NCBI GenBank assembly: GCA_016839765.1 | Contig: JAEOTP010000039.1 | Coordinates: 1-36,215 of the forward strand | Reading direction: 5' to 3' | DNA from: Promethearchaeota archaeon | GTDB taxonomy: Archaea; Asgardarchaeota; Lokiarchaeia; Sigyniarchaeales; SOKP01 | DNA length: 36,215 bases | Shown: positions 9,269 to 18,663 of the stretch, in pieces | Position numbering within the stretch: the first letter of the stretch is position 1 | How the letters are laid out: each line of letters opens with the position of its first letter | Position numbers and translations under genes: made by a program | Notes under the pieces: generated by a model | The model's input: only the letters and a program-made list of their open reading frames with translations | What the model was told of the DNA's origin: nothing | Database searches by the model: none

Positions 9269-10528
9269 CTACTCAAATTTTATTAAAGAATCAAAATAAT
9301 CTCCGTCCATTGATGGTAATGAATTTAAATTATCTAAAAGTTCATTTGTTTCAGGAATTATTTTAATATTCTTATCTATAACTCCTTTAAAGTAATTAAA
9401 AACTATTTTATCTTCAAAGCGATCATTTTCTTTATTATATTTCCAAGAAGGAACATACCCTCTTGGTATAAAACCTGCATTATAAAATAATTTTTGATGA
9501 GAAGGTTTATAAGAAGAGACAAAACATTCGGAGTAATTAAAATCCATATCTTCAATTATTTCTTTTAATTTTTCTATGAATACATATAATTCTTCCAGAT
9601 CTTCAATATTATATTCAATTTTCTCAATATTCTTGCTGTAAGGGTTAAGAAAGAATTTAAAATAAGAATCTTTATTTTTTATGAAAAATCTTATTTTTTG
9701 AAAACCAAATTTATCTTCTTTTGTCTTTCTATCAACTATAACCTTGATATCTTTTATTTTGTTTCTATCAAGTGTAAGTTTAGGATTCTCAACGATAGGA
9801 AGCCCCAATTGATATCTCCTATTCGAATAGCTGTAACAATTTAATACTTGTCTAATAATCTTAGGTTTTTTATCAGATCGATATTCTTTTAACAGGTTTT
9901 TATTGAAGATAATGTGTAATATATCAGATTCAACTTTATTAAAGAAAATATCTTTATTTGGGAGAAAGGCAATTGGTTTCATGCCAATTAACGATGTAAA
10001 AAATTGGGAAATTGCTTCATTAGTACGCATTTCCCCGTACCATAACATGATTTTTTCTTTATATTTTCGCCATAAATATATTATACAACCAATAAACGCC
10101 TTGAAAATATCAATAGTTTTATGATACTGCTTTTTAATCATAAAACCATGAAGAAATGCTCTTTTTTCATTGAATTCCAAATCCGCGCCAAAGCAACCTA
10201 CAATTTCATTTGCTGGTGACTTAAATATAAACCATTCATAATCAGGATGGATAATCATATCTTTTATGGATTCAATATCTTCCAAGTGTTTATAAGGGTA
10301 CGTTCCTCTGTATATTTCTTTAAAAATATTAGCTATTTCTTCCGAATCTTCTGGTTTAGCTAATTCAACTATTGGACATATTTTTTCAGACTTATAGTAG
10401 AAATCTAATTCAAAATCAAGATTTAATATCTTCTTAAGATCTAAATTTGAGAGATATTGAAATTTATCTAAAAACTCATCAACATTAATGATTTCTTTTT
10501 TTTTGAGACTTATGCTATTTGATACCAA
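9269..10528 (-). CDS. Two-domain GNAT-fold N-acyltransferase
   Basis: ELAKPEDSEEIANIFKEIYRGTYPY, EIVGC, GEMRT..ISQ..IGMKPIAFLPN. A second degenerate GNAT ends in AGFIPRGYVP. TTG start after AAGGA. Confidence 0.75.
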   Translation of the reverse strand: MVSNSISLKKKEIINVDEFLDKFQYLSNLDLKKILNLDFELDFYYKSEKICPIVELAKPEDSEEIANIFKEIYRGTYPYKHLEDIESIKDMIIHPDYEWFIFKSPANEIVGCFGADLEFNEKRAFLHGFMIKKQYHKTIDIFKAFIGCIIYLWRKYKEKIMLWYGEMRTNEAISQFFTSLIGMKPIAFLPNKDIFFNKVESDILHIIFNKNLLKEYRSDKKPKIIRQVLNCYSYSNRRYQLGLPIVENPKLTLDRNKIKDIKVIVDRKTKEDKFGFQKIRFFIKNKDSYFKFFLNPYSKNIEKIEYNIEDLEELYVFIEKLKEIIEDMDFNYSECFVSSYKPSHQKLFYNAGFIPRGYVPSWKYNKENDRFEDKIVFNYFKGVIDKNIKIIPETNELLDNLNSLPSMDGDYFDSLIKFE

Positions 10529-10933
10529 ATTTATCCTTTTTTCCTAATTATTAGTAATATTTTTGTTTTTTTTCTTTTTATACTTAATCAAAACTATAGT
10601 AAAGAATTGTTATTTCAACTAGTTAAGATTACTATTTGTAAATATTTAAAATTTATTGTTTAAAATGAATGTTCGTGAAACTTTGACAATATTTTGAATT
10701 TCTTTTCGATCTTAATTTATTGCCCGAAAATCTAACTCATTTTCATAAATTTAATTTGAAAAATAGGAAAATCCTTTTTTCGTAATAACCATCATTATGC
10801 TTAATCAATTAAACCTCTCTCTATGGTCAGATAAAATGTTTTTAAATCATTAAATCTAGAAATCATTTTTCGAAAAAGTTAAAATTATATAAAGGTCCAT
10901 TGATAATTAATATAAAAGGACCATTATATTCTA

Positions 10934-11332
10934 ATGAAAATGCAGTTTAATACTTTCGAATTAGAAAGCCCCCTTAACTACGTTAATGAGTTATTACTTA
11001 AAAAGGAAAATGGTAAAGCTATTAGATACCTCAATAAACTTTTAGATGAAAATCCTTCAAATTATCAAGCTTGGCTCTTACTAGGGATTGCTAAACGTCG
11101 ATTGGGGTATTTAAATGATGCAATTAACTGCTTTACTACAGTTACTGAGCTCAATTCTTCTTTACTTGAAGCGTGGGGTTTATTAACGATTACCTATTTA
11201 GAAAAAAATGAGAGAAGTTTAGCAGAGAAAACTCTCGCGAAAGCAAGTCAATTAAATCCAGAAGATGAGAAAATACAATTTTATCGTGAAAATTTAATTC
11301 GCCTTTATAAAAAGTTTGGTCCCTTTTTCTAG
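10934..11332 (+). CDS. Tetratricopeptide repeat protein
   Basis: TPR consensus repeats: AWLLLGIA..LG...DAINCF, AWGLL...A...LAKASQLNPED. Confidence 0.9.
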   Translation: MKMQFNTFELESPLNYVNELLLKKENGKAIRYLNKLLDENPSNYQAWLLLGIAKRRLGYLNDAINCFTTVTELNSSLLEAWGLLTITYLEKNERSLAEKTLAKASQLNPEDEKIQFYRENLIRLYKKFGPFF

Positions 11333-11333
11333 C

Positions 11334-11591
11334 TTAGTCTTGAAAAAATTCAGGATGGTTTCTTTCAATATTATTTAATGTTGAAACTAAGTGAAATAAC
11401 AATTTTTCATCCCGGTATTCATTAATAGTTTCAGAAAGTCTGTCCAAAATCTCATTTGCGAGCTTAATATCTTCTTTACTGTAGTTATGTGATTTATTCT
11501 TGAAAATTAACTCAAATTCCTCTTCAAACCATCTCAGTTTCTGCTTGAACTCTCTCTTAATATTTTTGTAATCGTCAAAATTTAAATTCAT
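11334..11591 (-). CDS. Small helical hypothetical protein
   Basis: 85 aa, ATG preceded by GAGGAG, protein-like charged helical composition. Confidence 0.8.
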   Translation of the reverse strand: MNLNFDDYKNIKREFKQKLRWFEEEFELIFKNKSHNYSKEDIKLANEILDRLSETINEYRDEKLLFHLVSTLNNIERNHPEFFQD

Positions 11592-11998
11592 ACGTCTCCT
11601 CTAAATACCTCGAAAGGCTATTAAAAAACATATTAATAGGCTAACAATATAATCAAATTTCTTTTATTTAAACCTATTCTGAGTATGGATTTTTCTAATT
11701 AGTAATATGAAAAAAGGGACTTTCATTTTGAAAAATCTAACCAATTTTACTAAACTATCCTTAACCCAAATCTGTTTTAGAAAAAGAATTCTGATAATAT
11801 AGTATATTGGGAGTAAGAATTTTTTTGTCGTTATATTTAATATTTAAGTTTTATTTAGTAACTTTTTCTTTATTCCTTAATTACCATTTTAAGAATTGGA
11901 CTCCGAATTTTTTAAGAAATGATTATTCATTTAAGTATATAAGAAAAAATATTCTAAAAAATCTAATGAATCGTACATGATTCTCTGAAAATGGTGCG

Positions 11999-12217
11999 GT
12001 GGTTTTTATAAAAGAAGGAAATGGTAATTTTGAAAAATTGGAAATTGTTAAAAAGTATTTTGGGCGGATATTTAATGTCTTATCTGAAGAGGTGCGGAAA
12101 AAGTTGTTAAAATTACAATTATCTGAAACCGAATTAAAAGAAATAAAAAAAGAATTAGCATTTTTACCCGAAGAAAAGCAAAAAGAATTTCTAAGAGAAT
12201 TAACGAGGAAAAAATGA
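11999..12217 (+). CDS. Small helical hypothetical protein
   Basis: 72 aa, GTG start, E/K/L-rich amphipathic helices. Confidence 0.7.
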   Translation: MVFIKEGNGNFEKLEIVKKYFGRIFNVLSEEVRKKLLKLQLSETELKEIKKELAFLPEEKQKEFLRELTRKK

Positions 12218-12434
12218 ATTACTTTTTTTCTAATATTTTTTTCAATTAAGGTATTTTTTCAATGTAGAATTATATTGAAAGAATAGAGTTACAAGAATTT
12301 TTCTAATTAAAGAAATAACCTTATAAATAGAATAAATATAAGAATTAGTTCTATCAAATAATTTGATTATCAAACCTTAATGCTAAATTTTTTATTAAAA
12401 ATTTCTTTTCACTTCTTAAGATTATTATATAGAA

Positions 12435-12450
12435 TTGTTTGATCAAACAA
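12435..12450. promoter_or_regulatory. Perfect 16-bp palindrome upstream of hdrC, candidate operator
   Basis: TTGTTTGATCAAACAA, just downstream of TATA-like TTATATAG (12425-12432). Confidence 0.45.
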
Positions 12451-12522
12451 AAAAGTTATTTCTACACTTTTTTACAAATTTGCAAATTGATATCAGAATT
12501 ATTAACGATATTTGAGTAAATA

Positions 12523-13125
12523 ATGAGCGAAAATGTAAATAAATATATTAAACGTAAAGTTTACAAAAAAACGAGTTCAAGAATTGCTCAGAAGTTTGTG
12601 GACGCTGGACTTCAAGAAATAAGAGCATGTATTAATTGTGGAACTTGTACTGGTAGTTGTCCTTCTGGAAGACGTACAGCATATCGAACTCGTTCTGCAA
12701 TTCGTCGCGCATTAACAGGTGACGAATCAGTTTTAAAAGATATTGATATTTGGTTATGCTCAACTTGTTATTATTGCTATGAACGCTGTCCGAGAAATAT
12801 TCCTGTTACTGACATGATTATTAAACTTAGAAATATCGCGGTTGAAGAAGGGTATATTTTAGATTCACATTTCGTATTAGCTAATAATATTTTTTATGCT
12901 ACAGGGCATGGCGTCCCTGCAACAGGTGAAAATAATAAAAAGTGGAGGGATTTAAGGGAATCATATGGTTTACCGCCATTACCACCGACAGTTCATTCAT
13001 ATCCAGAAGCCGTTAAGGAGTGTCAAGAATTGATGAAAGCAGTGGGATTTAAAAAATTAATGGATAATGCGGCAAAATTAAAAGAAGAAAGAGCAAAAGC
13101 TGAGAAAAAAGATAAGGAGGAATAA
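12523..13125 (+). CDS. hdrC: Heterodisulfide reductase subunit C
   Basis: CINCGTCTGSCPSGRRTAYRTR and IWLCSTCYYCYERCPR, giving two [4Fe-4S] motifs of methanogen type. Confidence 0.95.
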   Translation: MSENVNKYIKRKVYKKTSSRIAQKFVDAGLQEIRACINCGTCTGSCPSGRRTAYRTRSAIRRALTGDESVLKDIDIWLCSTCYYCYERCPRNIPVTDMIIKLRNIAVEEGYILDSHFVLANNIFYATGHGVPATGENNKKWRDLRESYGLPPLPPTVHSYPEAVKECQELMKAVGFKKLMDNAAKLKEERAKAEKKDKEE

Positions 13126-13126
13126 T

Positions 13127-14077
13127 ATGAGTGAAGATTATAAATGGCATTATGGATTTTTTTTAGGATGTGTTATTCCTAATCGTTATCCTATGATTGA
13201 AGCTTCAATAAGAAGCGTTTTTGATCATCTTGGAGCGGAAATGTTAGATTTACCCGGTGCATCATGTTGTCCTGCTCCAGGTGTATTTAGAGCATTTCAT
13301 ATTCCAACTTGGCTTGTAATTGCTGCAAGAAACATTTCTATTGCCGAGGAAATTGGAGTAAATCCCATTACAGGTTGTAATGGTTGCTATGGGACTCTCA
13401 GGGACGCGTGGTATGAACTTGAGCATGAATATGAGTTAAAAAAAGAAGTTAATGAATATCTTGCTAAAATTGGACGTACATATAAGGGTAATCTCGAACC
13501 CAAACATGTTGTTCAAGCTTTATACCTTGATATGGGATTAGATCATTTAAAAGATTACATTAAATTTACCTTTTCAGATTTAAAAATAGCCGTGCATTAT
13601 GGTTGTCATATTGTAAAACCTAGTGATAAAAGACCGTGGGATGGCGAATATGAAGTTCCAAGATTTCTTGATGAAATTGTTGAATTAACTGGAGCTAAAA
13701 GCGTTGATTATAAAGATAAATATATGTGTTGTGGAGCTGGTGGAGCAGTCAGAACTGCTGTTAAAGAAGTCGCAGCTGATTTTACACGTGAAAAGTTGAT
13801 GAATATTAGAGAAGTAGGAGCGGATATAATAATAAACTGCTGTCCCTTCTGCCATCTTCAATTAGATCTAGGTCAAGTTGAGGTAAACAACTTCTACGCT
13901 GATATAATTGGGGAACCGTTTAATATTCCTGTAATATATATAACTCAACTTTTAGGAGTGGCATTTGGAATGGATCCTAATCTATTAGGTTTGATCAAGA
14001 ATCATGAATTAACAGGTGTATCACCGTTCATATCAATAGATCCTTTCCTAAACATAATAAAAAATCAATTAATTTAA
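13127..14077 (+). CDS. hdrB: Heterodisulfide reductase subunit B
   Basis: FFLGC, SCCPAPG, CNGC, HYGCH, CCGAGG, CPFCHLQLD (two CCG domains). Confidence 0.95.
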   Translation: MSEDYKWHYGFFLGCVIPNRYPMIEASIRSVFDHLGAEMLDLPGASCCPAPGVFRAFHIPTWLVIAARNISIAEEIGVNPITGCNGCYGTLRDAWYELEHEYELKKEVNEYLAKIGRTYKGNLEPKHVVQALYLDMGLDHLKDYIKFTFSDLKIAVHYGCHIVKPSDKRPWDGEYEVPRFLDEIVELTGAKSVDYKDKYMCCGAGGAVRTAVKEVAADFTREKLMNIREVGADIIINCCPFCHLQLDLGQVEVNNFYADIIGEPFNIPVIYITQLLGVAFGMDPNLLGLIKNHELTGVSPFISIDPFLNIIKNQLI

Positions 14078-14092
14078 TGGGTAAGGTAAAAA

Positions 14093-16114
14093 ATGACTGA
14101 AGCTAAAAAAGAATTGGAAAAAGTAAAAAAAGAAATTGTAGTCACTGGTAATGAAAAACCTCAAGTTGGTGTATACGTATGTGATTGTGGTATCAATATA
14201 GCTGGTGTTGTTTCAGTTCCAGATTTAGTAAAATATGCTGAAACATTACCTGATGTAGCTGTTGCTCGTGAATATAAATTCTTTTGTTCCGATACAGGTC
14301 AAAACATAATTAAAGAAGATATCCAGTCAGGTTTAATTAACAGGGTTGTTGTGGCAGCATGTTCTCCAAGAATGCATGAACCTACATTTAGATTAGTTTG
14401 TAAAGAAGCAGGATTGAATCAATTTTTATTTGAGCAAGCAAATATTAGAGAGCACTCTACATGGGTTCATATGAAGGACCCAGAAGGAGCATTTGAGGCT
14501 GCAAAAGATCTCATTAAAATGTCTGTCGCAAAAGCTAGAGAATTAAAGCCTTTAGAGGTTAAAACTGTTAGTATTGAACCTGCTTGTTTAATTATTGGTG
14601 GTGGAATTGCGGGAATGAATTCTGCCTTAGATTTAGCCACAGAAGGGTATAAAGTTTATTTAGTTGAAAGAACACCCACTATCGGGGGCCATATGGCGCA
14701 ATTAGATAAAACATTTCCTACAATGGATTGTAGTGCCTGTATATTAACTCCAAGAATGGTAGATGTAGCGCGGAACGAGAATATCGAGTTATTGACTTAT
14801 TCAGAAGTAGTAGAAGTAACCGGTTATGTGGGAAATTTTGAAGCAACAATCATGAAAAAACCTCATTATGTTGATCAAGAAGCATGTACAGGTTGCGGAG
14901 TATGTGTAGATTATTGTCCCGTGGTAACTGGCAATGAATTTGATCTTGGTTTAGCTACAAGAAAAGCAATATATATTCCATTTCCTCAGGCAGTTCCTGG
15001 AAAATACACAATAGATATGGATAATTGTATTAAATGTGGGATTTGTGCTAGAGAAGATGTTTGTGAACCGGATGCTATTAGGTATGATGAGGAACCAGAA
15101 TATATGAAAGTAAAGGTAGGAACTATAATCATTGCAACTGGCTGGGATTTATATGATCCTACAGGATTAAAACAATATGGCTATGGTAGATATCCTAATG
15201 TTATTGATGGACTTCAAATGGAACGTTTATTAAGTTCTACAGGTCCTTTAGATGGTAAGCCCACACGTCCATCAGATCTTAAAGCGCCCCATAGTATTGC
15301 CTTTCTGCAATGTGTGGGGAGCAGAAATTTTAGAGAAGGGGGTAATCAGTATTGTTCTAGGGTTTGTTGCATGTACGCTACGAAGCAAGCCAGACAATAT
15401 AAAGAGAAACATCCCGACGCTGATGTATATATATTCTATATGGATGTAAGAGCTTTTGGAAAAGGTTATGAAGAATTTTACGAATCAGCAGGCAAAAACT
15501 ATGGAATTAATTATATAAGAGGAAGAATTGCAGAGGTAAGTGAAGGTGAAGATCATAGTATTATTATCAGAGCCGAAGATACATTACTTCAAGAACCAAT
15601 GGAATTAAAAGTCGATATGTTTGTTCTTTCATGTGGTTTAGAGTCTAGAAGTGATGCAGGAGAGGTTGCCTCTTTAGTCAGAGTTCAAAGATCCTCTGAT
15701 GGTTTTTTTATGGAAGCTCATCCTAAATTAAGACCTGTAGATACTTTGACTGAAGGAATTTTCATAGCGGGTGTTGCGCAAGGTCCAAAAGACATTCCTG
15801 ATTCTGTTGCTCAAGCTAAAGGAGCAGCATCAAGCGCCGCGACATTAATGGCTAAAGGAGAAGTTGAAATGGAACCATTTTTTGCAGTAGTTCGTCCAGA
15901 CCGTTGTATTGGATGTGGTATGTGTGTTGAAAATTGTACTTATGGTGCTATAGAACTAATTGATGATAGACATTTTGGTAAAATTGCATCAATTAACCAA
16001 GCATTATGTAAAGGTTGTGGTGCTTGTTCCGGTAACTGTAGATGCTCTGCAATAGATATTTTCGGCTTCACTGGAGAACAAATATTTTCAATCATAATGG
16101 GGGGTGAACTTTAA
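14093..16114 (+). CDS. hdrA: Heterodisulfide reductase subunit A
   Basis: GVYVCDCGINIAG, ACSPRMHE, GGGIAG, LDKTFPTMDCSAC, CVGSR..YCSRVCC, EAHPKLRP and ferredoxin motifs. Confidence 0.97.
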   Translation: MTEAKKELEKVKKEIVVTGNEKPQVGVYVCDCGINIAGVVSVPDLVKYAETLPDVAVAREYKFFCSDTGQNIIKEDIQSGLINRVVVAACSPRMHEPTFRLVCKEAGLNQFLFEQANIREHSTWVHMKDPEGAFEAAKDLIKMSVAKARELKPLEVKTVSIEPACLIIGGGIAGMNSALDLATEGYKVYLVERTPTIGGHMAQLDKTFPTMDCSACILTPRMVDVARNENIELLTYSEVVEVTGYVGNFEATIMKKPHYVDQEACTGCGVCVDYCPVVTGNEFDLGLATRKAIYIPFPQAVPGKYTIDMDNCIKCGICAREDVCEPDAIRYDEEPEYMKVKVGTIIIATGWDLYDPTGLKQYGYGRYPNVIDGLQMERLLSSTGPLDGKPTRPSDLKAPHSIAFLQCVGSRNFREGGNQYCSRVCCMYATKQARQYKEKHPDADVYIFYMDVRAFGKGYEEFYESAGKNYGINYIRGRIAEVSEGEDHSIIIRAEDTLLQEPMELKVDMFVLSCGLESRSDAGEVASLVRVQRSSDGFFMEAHPKLRPVDTLTEGIFIAGVAQGPKDIPDSVAQAKGAASSAATLMAKGEVEMEPFFAVVRPDRCIGCGMCVENCTYGAIELIDDRHFGKIASINQALCKGCGACSGNCRCSAIDIFGFTGEQIFSIIMGGEL

Positions 16115-16572
16115 TCAGCAAAATACAAACTCAGATAGAGAAATCAGAAAATAAAAAAGAATGGGAACCAAAAATAATTGCATTTTTATGTAATTGGTGC
16201 TCTTATGCCGGTGCTGATCTGGCAGGTGTGAGTCGAATTCAATATCCCTCAAATATTAGAATAGTAAGAGTTCCATGTTCGGGAAGAGTGAATCCTTTTT
16301 TTATAATTAAAAGTTTATTAAGAGGATGGGATGGCGTTGTTGTTTCGGGATGCCATCCAGGTGATTGCCATTATGTTAGTGGAAATTTAGTTGCAAGAAG
16401 ACGGTTCGCCATCTTACAAGATTTATTAAACCTTTTCGGGATAGAGCCCGATCGGGTTACATTCATGTGGTCTTCTGCATCTGAAGGCGATCGATTTGCG
16501 AATTTAATTAAAAAAGTAACAAAGAATATAAAAAGACTTGGACCAAATAAAAAATTTGAATCAACGTGGTGA
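16114..16572 (+). CDS. mvhD: MvhD/FlxD [2Fe-2S] subunit, probable ATC start
   Basis: The frame is open from 16108 and reads ISKIQTQIEKSENKKEWEPKIIAFLCNWCSYAGADLAG...RVPCSGR...GCHPGDCHY. The ORF-track GTG at 16228 omits CNWC. The gene call is secure but the start is inferred. Confidence 0.9.
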   Translation: MSKIQTQIEKSENKKEWEPKIIAFLCNWCSYAGADLAGVSRIQYPSNIRIVRVPCSGRVNPFFIIKSLLRGWDGVVVSGCHPGDCHYVSGNLVARRRFAILQDLLNLFGIEPDRVTFMWSSASEGDRFANLIKKVTKNIKRLGPNKKFESTW

Positions 16573-16577
16573 ATTTA

Positions 16578-17588
16578 ATGGTTATCGAAGATCAAAATAA
16601 AGATATTGAACAATTAATAAGAGATTTAGCTAGAAAGCTACTTAAAGAAAAAGAAGTTGATGTTATTTTGGGATATACAAAAGGTACCATTCCCTTAACT
16701 TCATTACCAATTGTAATAGATAAAGTTGAGGATGTAGATAAATTAATTTGGAATAATTTATGTTATATAAATTTAGCTAAATATTTGGTCCCTCGAATAC
16801 CGACACTTATGAATGAAGAAGGTCAAAAATTAAAAGTTGGAATCGTATCAAAAGGTTGTATCGGTAGGGCTCTAATTCATTTATCGGTTGAGCATCAAAT
16901 CGATCTTGAAAATATAAAAATAATTGGAATTCCCTGTAATGGAATTATAAATAGGAAAAAAATTGAAGATGAAATCGGAGAAAGGGAAATCTTTGAGATC
17001 TCAGTATCCGGTGATAATATCATAATAAAAGGAGAGGATCTCGAACAAACATTACCTTTTAACGAATATTTGAATGATTTGTGTAAAACATGCCAAGTTA
17101 AATCACCGCCAAGTATAGAAAATATATGCGTTGGTGAATGTCTAGAAAACCCTGTTATTGAGGATGATTTCTCAGATATGACAGAGTTTGATTCAAAAAC
17201 TCCTGAAGAAAAATGGGAATACATAAAAAATCTTTTAGATACTTGTACTCGATGTTATGCTTGCAGAGAAGTATGTCCTATGTGCTATTGTAATTTGTGT
17301 TTTGTCGATCAAAATCAACCCGTTTGGTTTGGAAAAACAACAGCTTATTCTGATATCTTCACATTTCATTTAATTCGAGCAATGCATATGGCGGGACGAT
17401 GTGTAGGTTGTGGTGCTTGTAGTAGTGTCTGTCCTATGGGAATTGATTTAAATTTAATAAATAGATCTTTAGAAAAAATTGCAAAAGAAAGGTTTAATTT
17501 TACATCTGGCATTGATCCAGAAGCCTTACCTCCTATGATGGCTTTTGATATGGAGGATGATCAAGAATTTATGATGGAGGAAGATTAA
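16578..17588 (+). CDS. flxC: FlxC-like / FrhB-FdhB-related iron-sulfur protein
   Basis: VDVILGY, KVGIVSKGC, IIGIPC, CKTC, CTRCYACREVCPMCYCNLC, HMAGRCVGCGACSSVCP. ATG at 16578 follows GGTGA. Its position fits the hdr-flx operon. Confidence 0.85.
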   Translation: MVIEDQNKDIEQLIRDLARKLLKEKEVDVILGYTKGTIPLTSLPIVIDKVEDVDKLIWNNLCYINLAKYLVPRIPTLMNEEGQKLKVGIVSKGCIGRALIHLSVEHQIDLENIKIIGIPCNGIINRKKIEDEIGEREIFEISVSGDNIIIKGEDLEQTLPFNEYLNDLCKTCQVKSPPSIENICVGECLENPVIEDDFSDMTEFDSKTPEEKWEYIKNLLDTCTRCYACREVCPMCYCNLCFVDQNQPVWFGKTTAYSDIFTFHLIRAMHMAGRCVGCGACSSVCPMGIDLNLINRSLEKIAKERFNFTSGIDPEALPPMMAFDMEDDQEFMMEED

Positions 17589-17604
17589 AAAGGTGATTTA
17601 AAAA

Positions 17605-18663
17605 ATGGAACAAAAAGTATTAAAAAAAGATCAAATCGTAAAATTATATAATGATTTAGTTAAAGACTATAATTTTTATGCACCGATTAAAGAAAAGAGA
17701 AACATAATTTTTGGAAAAATCACAAATCCAGAAGATATAGTGCTAAATTATTATAATTCTAAGGTTCCACCTAAAGAAATATTATTTCCACAGACGGATA
17801 TTCTTTTTGAATATAAGATTAATGGTAAAGAGATTGAAATTGAAGAACCTAAAAAGTTAGATGAGAAAAATATTATTTTTGGAATAAGACCCTGCGACGC
17901 TCATAGTTTTATTTTATTAATGAATTTTTTCTCTCAAGGGGAATTCAAAGATGAAATAATTATGAATAGAAGAGAAAATACAACTCTGATAGGAATTGGT
18001 TGTAATACTCCAAAAAGCACTTGTTTCTGTACATCAATTGAAGGAAATCCATTTCAAAAGGAGGATATGGATATTTTTTTAGTTGATTTACAAGATAAAT
18101 ATCTCGTTGAGGGAATAAGTGATAAAGGTAAAAAGTTAATTAAAAGACTCTCGTGGCTTACTGATGCAACAAACGCAGATATAGAAATGGCTCAAGAATT
18201 AGGAAAAAAGGCAGAGGAAGCAATTGTAACAAAAATAGATTTAAAGAATATTGATAAAATTTTGGATCCAAATTTTGATCATCAAATATGGAAAGAAGTC
18301 AGTGAAATTTGTATAGGATGTGGAACATGTTCCTTTCTATGCCCAACATGTACTTGTTTTGATGTAATTGATGAAAACGTTCCAAATGAGAATCGTGGAA
18401 GAAGAGTTAGAATATGGGACACCTGTCAATCTTGCCTCTATACATTACATACTAGCGGTCATAATCCACGTAATAGCTGTATAGAAAGGGTTAGAAATAG
18501 GATATTACATAAATTTTGTTATTATCCCGAGAATTATGGTATGTTGGGATGTGTTGGATGTGGTCGATGTGTTCAATTATGCCCTGCTAATAATGATCTT
18601 AGAGCAATAATTGAAAAAATCAATAAAATTGAACAAAAAAAGGAGGAGAAAGTTACTGTCTAA
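17605..18663 (+). CDS. flxB: FlxB / AsrA-like 4Fe-4S protein
   Basis: PPKEILFP, GIRPCDA, C..PKSTCFC, CIGCGTCSFLCPTCTCF, RIWDTC, HKF, CVGCGRCVQLCP. Confidence 0.88.
   Translation: MEQKVLKKDQIVKLYNDLVKDYNFYAPIKEKRNIIFGKITNPEDIVLNYYNSKVPPKEILFPQTDILFEYKINGKEIEIEEPKKLDEKNIIFGIRPCDAHSFILLMNFFSQGEFKDEIIMNRRENTTLIGIGCNTPKSTCFCTSIEGNPFQKEDMDIFLVDLQDKYLVEGISDKGKKLIKRLSWLTDATNADIEMAQELGKKAEEAIVTKIDLKNIDKILDPNFDHQIWKEVSEICIGCGTCSFLCPTCTCFDVIDENVPNENRGRRVRIWDTCQSCLYTLHTSGHNPRNSCIERVRNRILHKFCYYPENYGMLGCVGCGRCVQLCPANNDLRAIIEKINKIEQKKEEKVTV

Noticed and set aside
11707-11802. 31-codon ATG ORF in the intergenic gap (possible peptide precursor)
   Set aside because: It has no SD or precursor-like features and is expected by chance in AT-rich DNA.
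16097-16154. prfB-like +1 frameshift site (GGG GGT GAA CTT TAA) that might fuse HdrA to MvhD
   Set aside because: The +1 frame stops at 16152-16154 and is not the MvhD frame. A -1 slip on the G-run meets TGA immediately.
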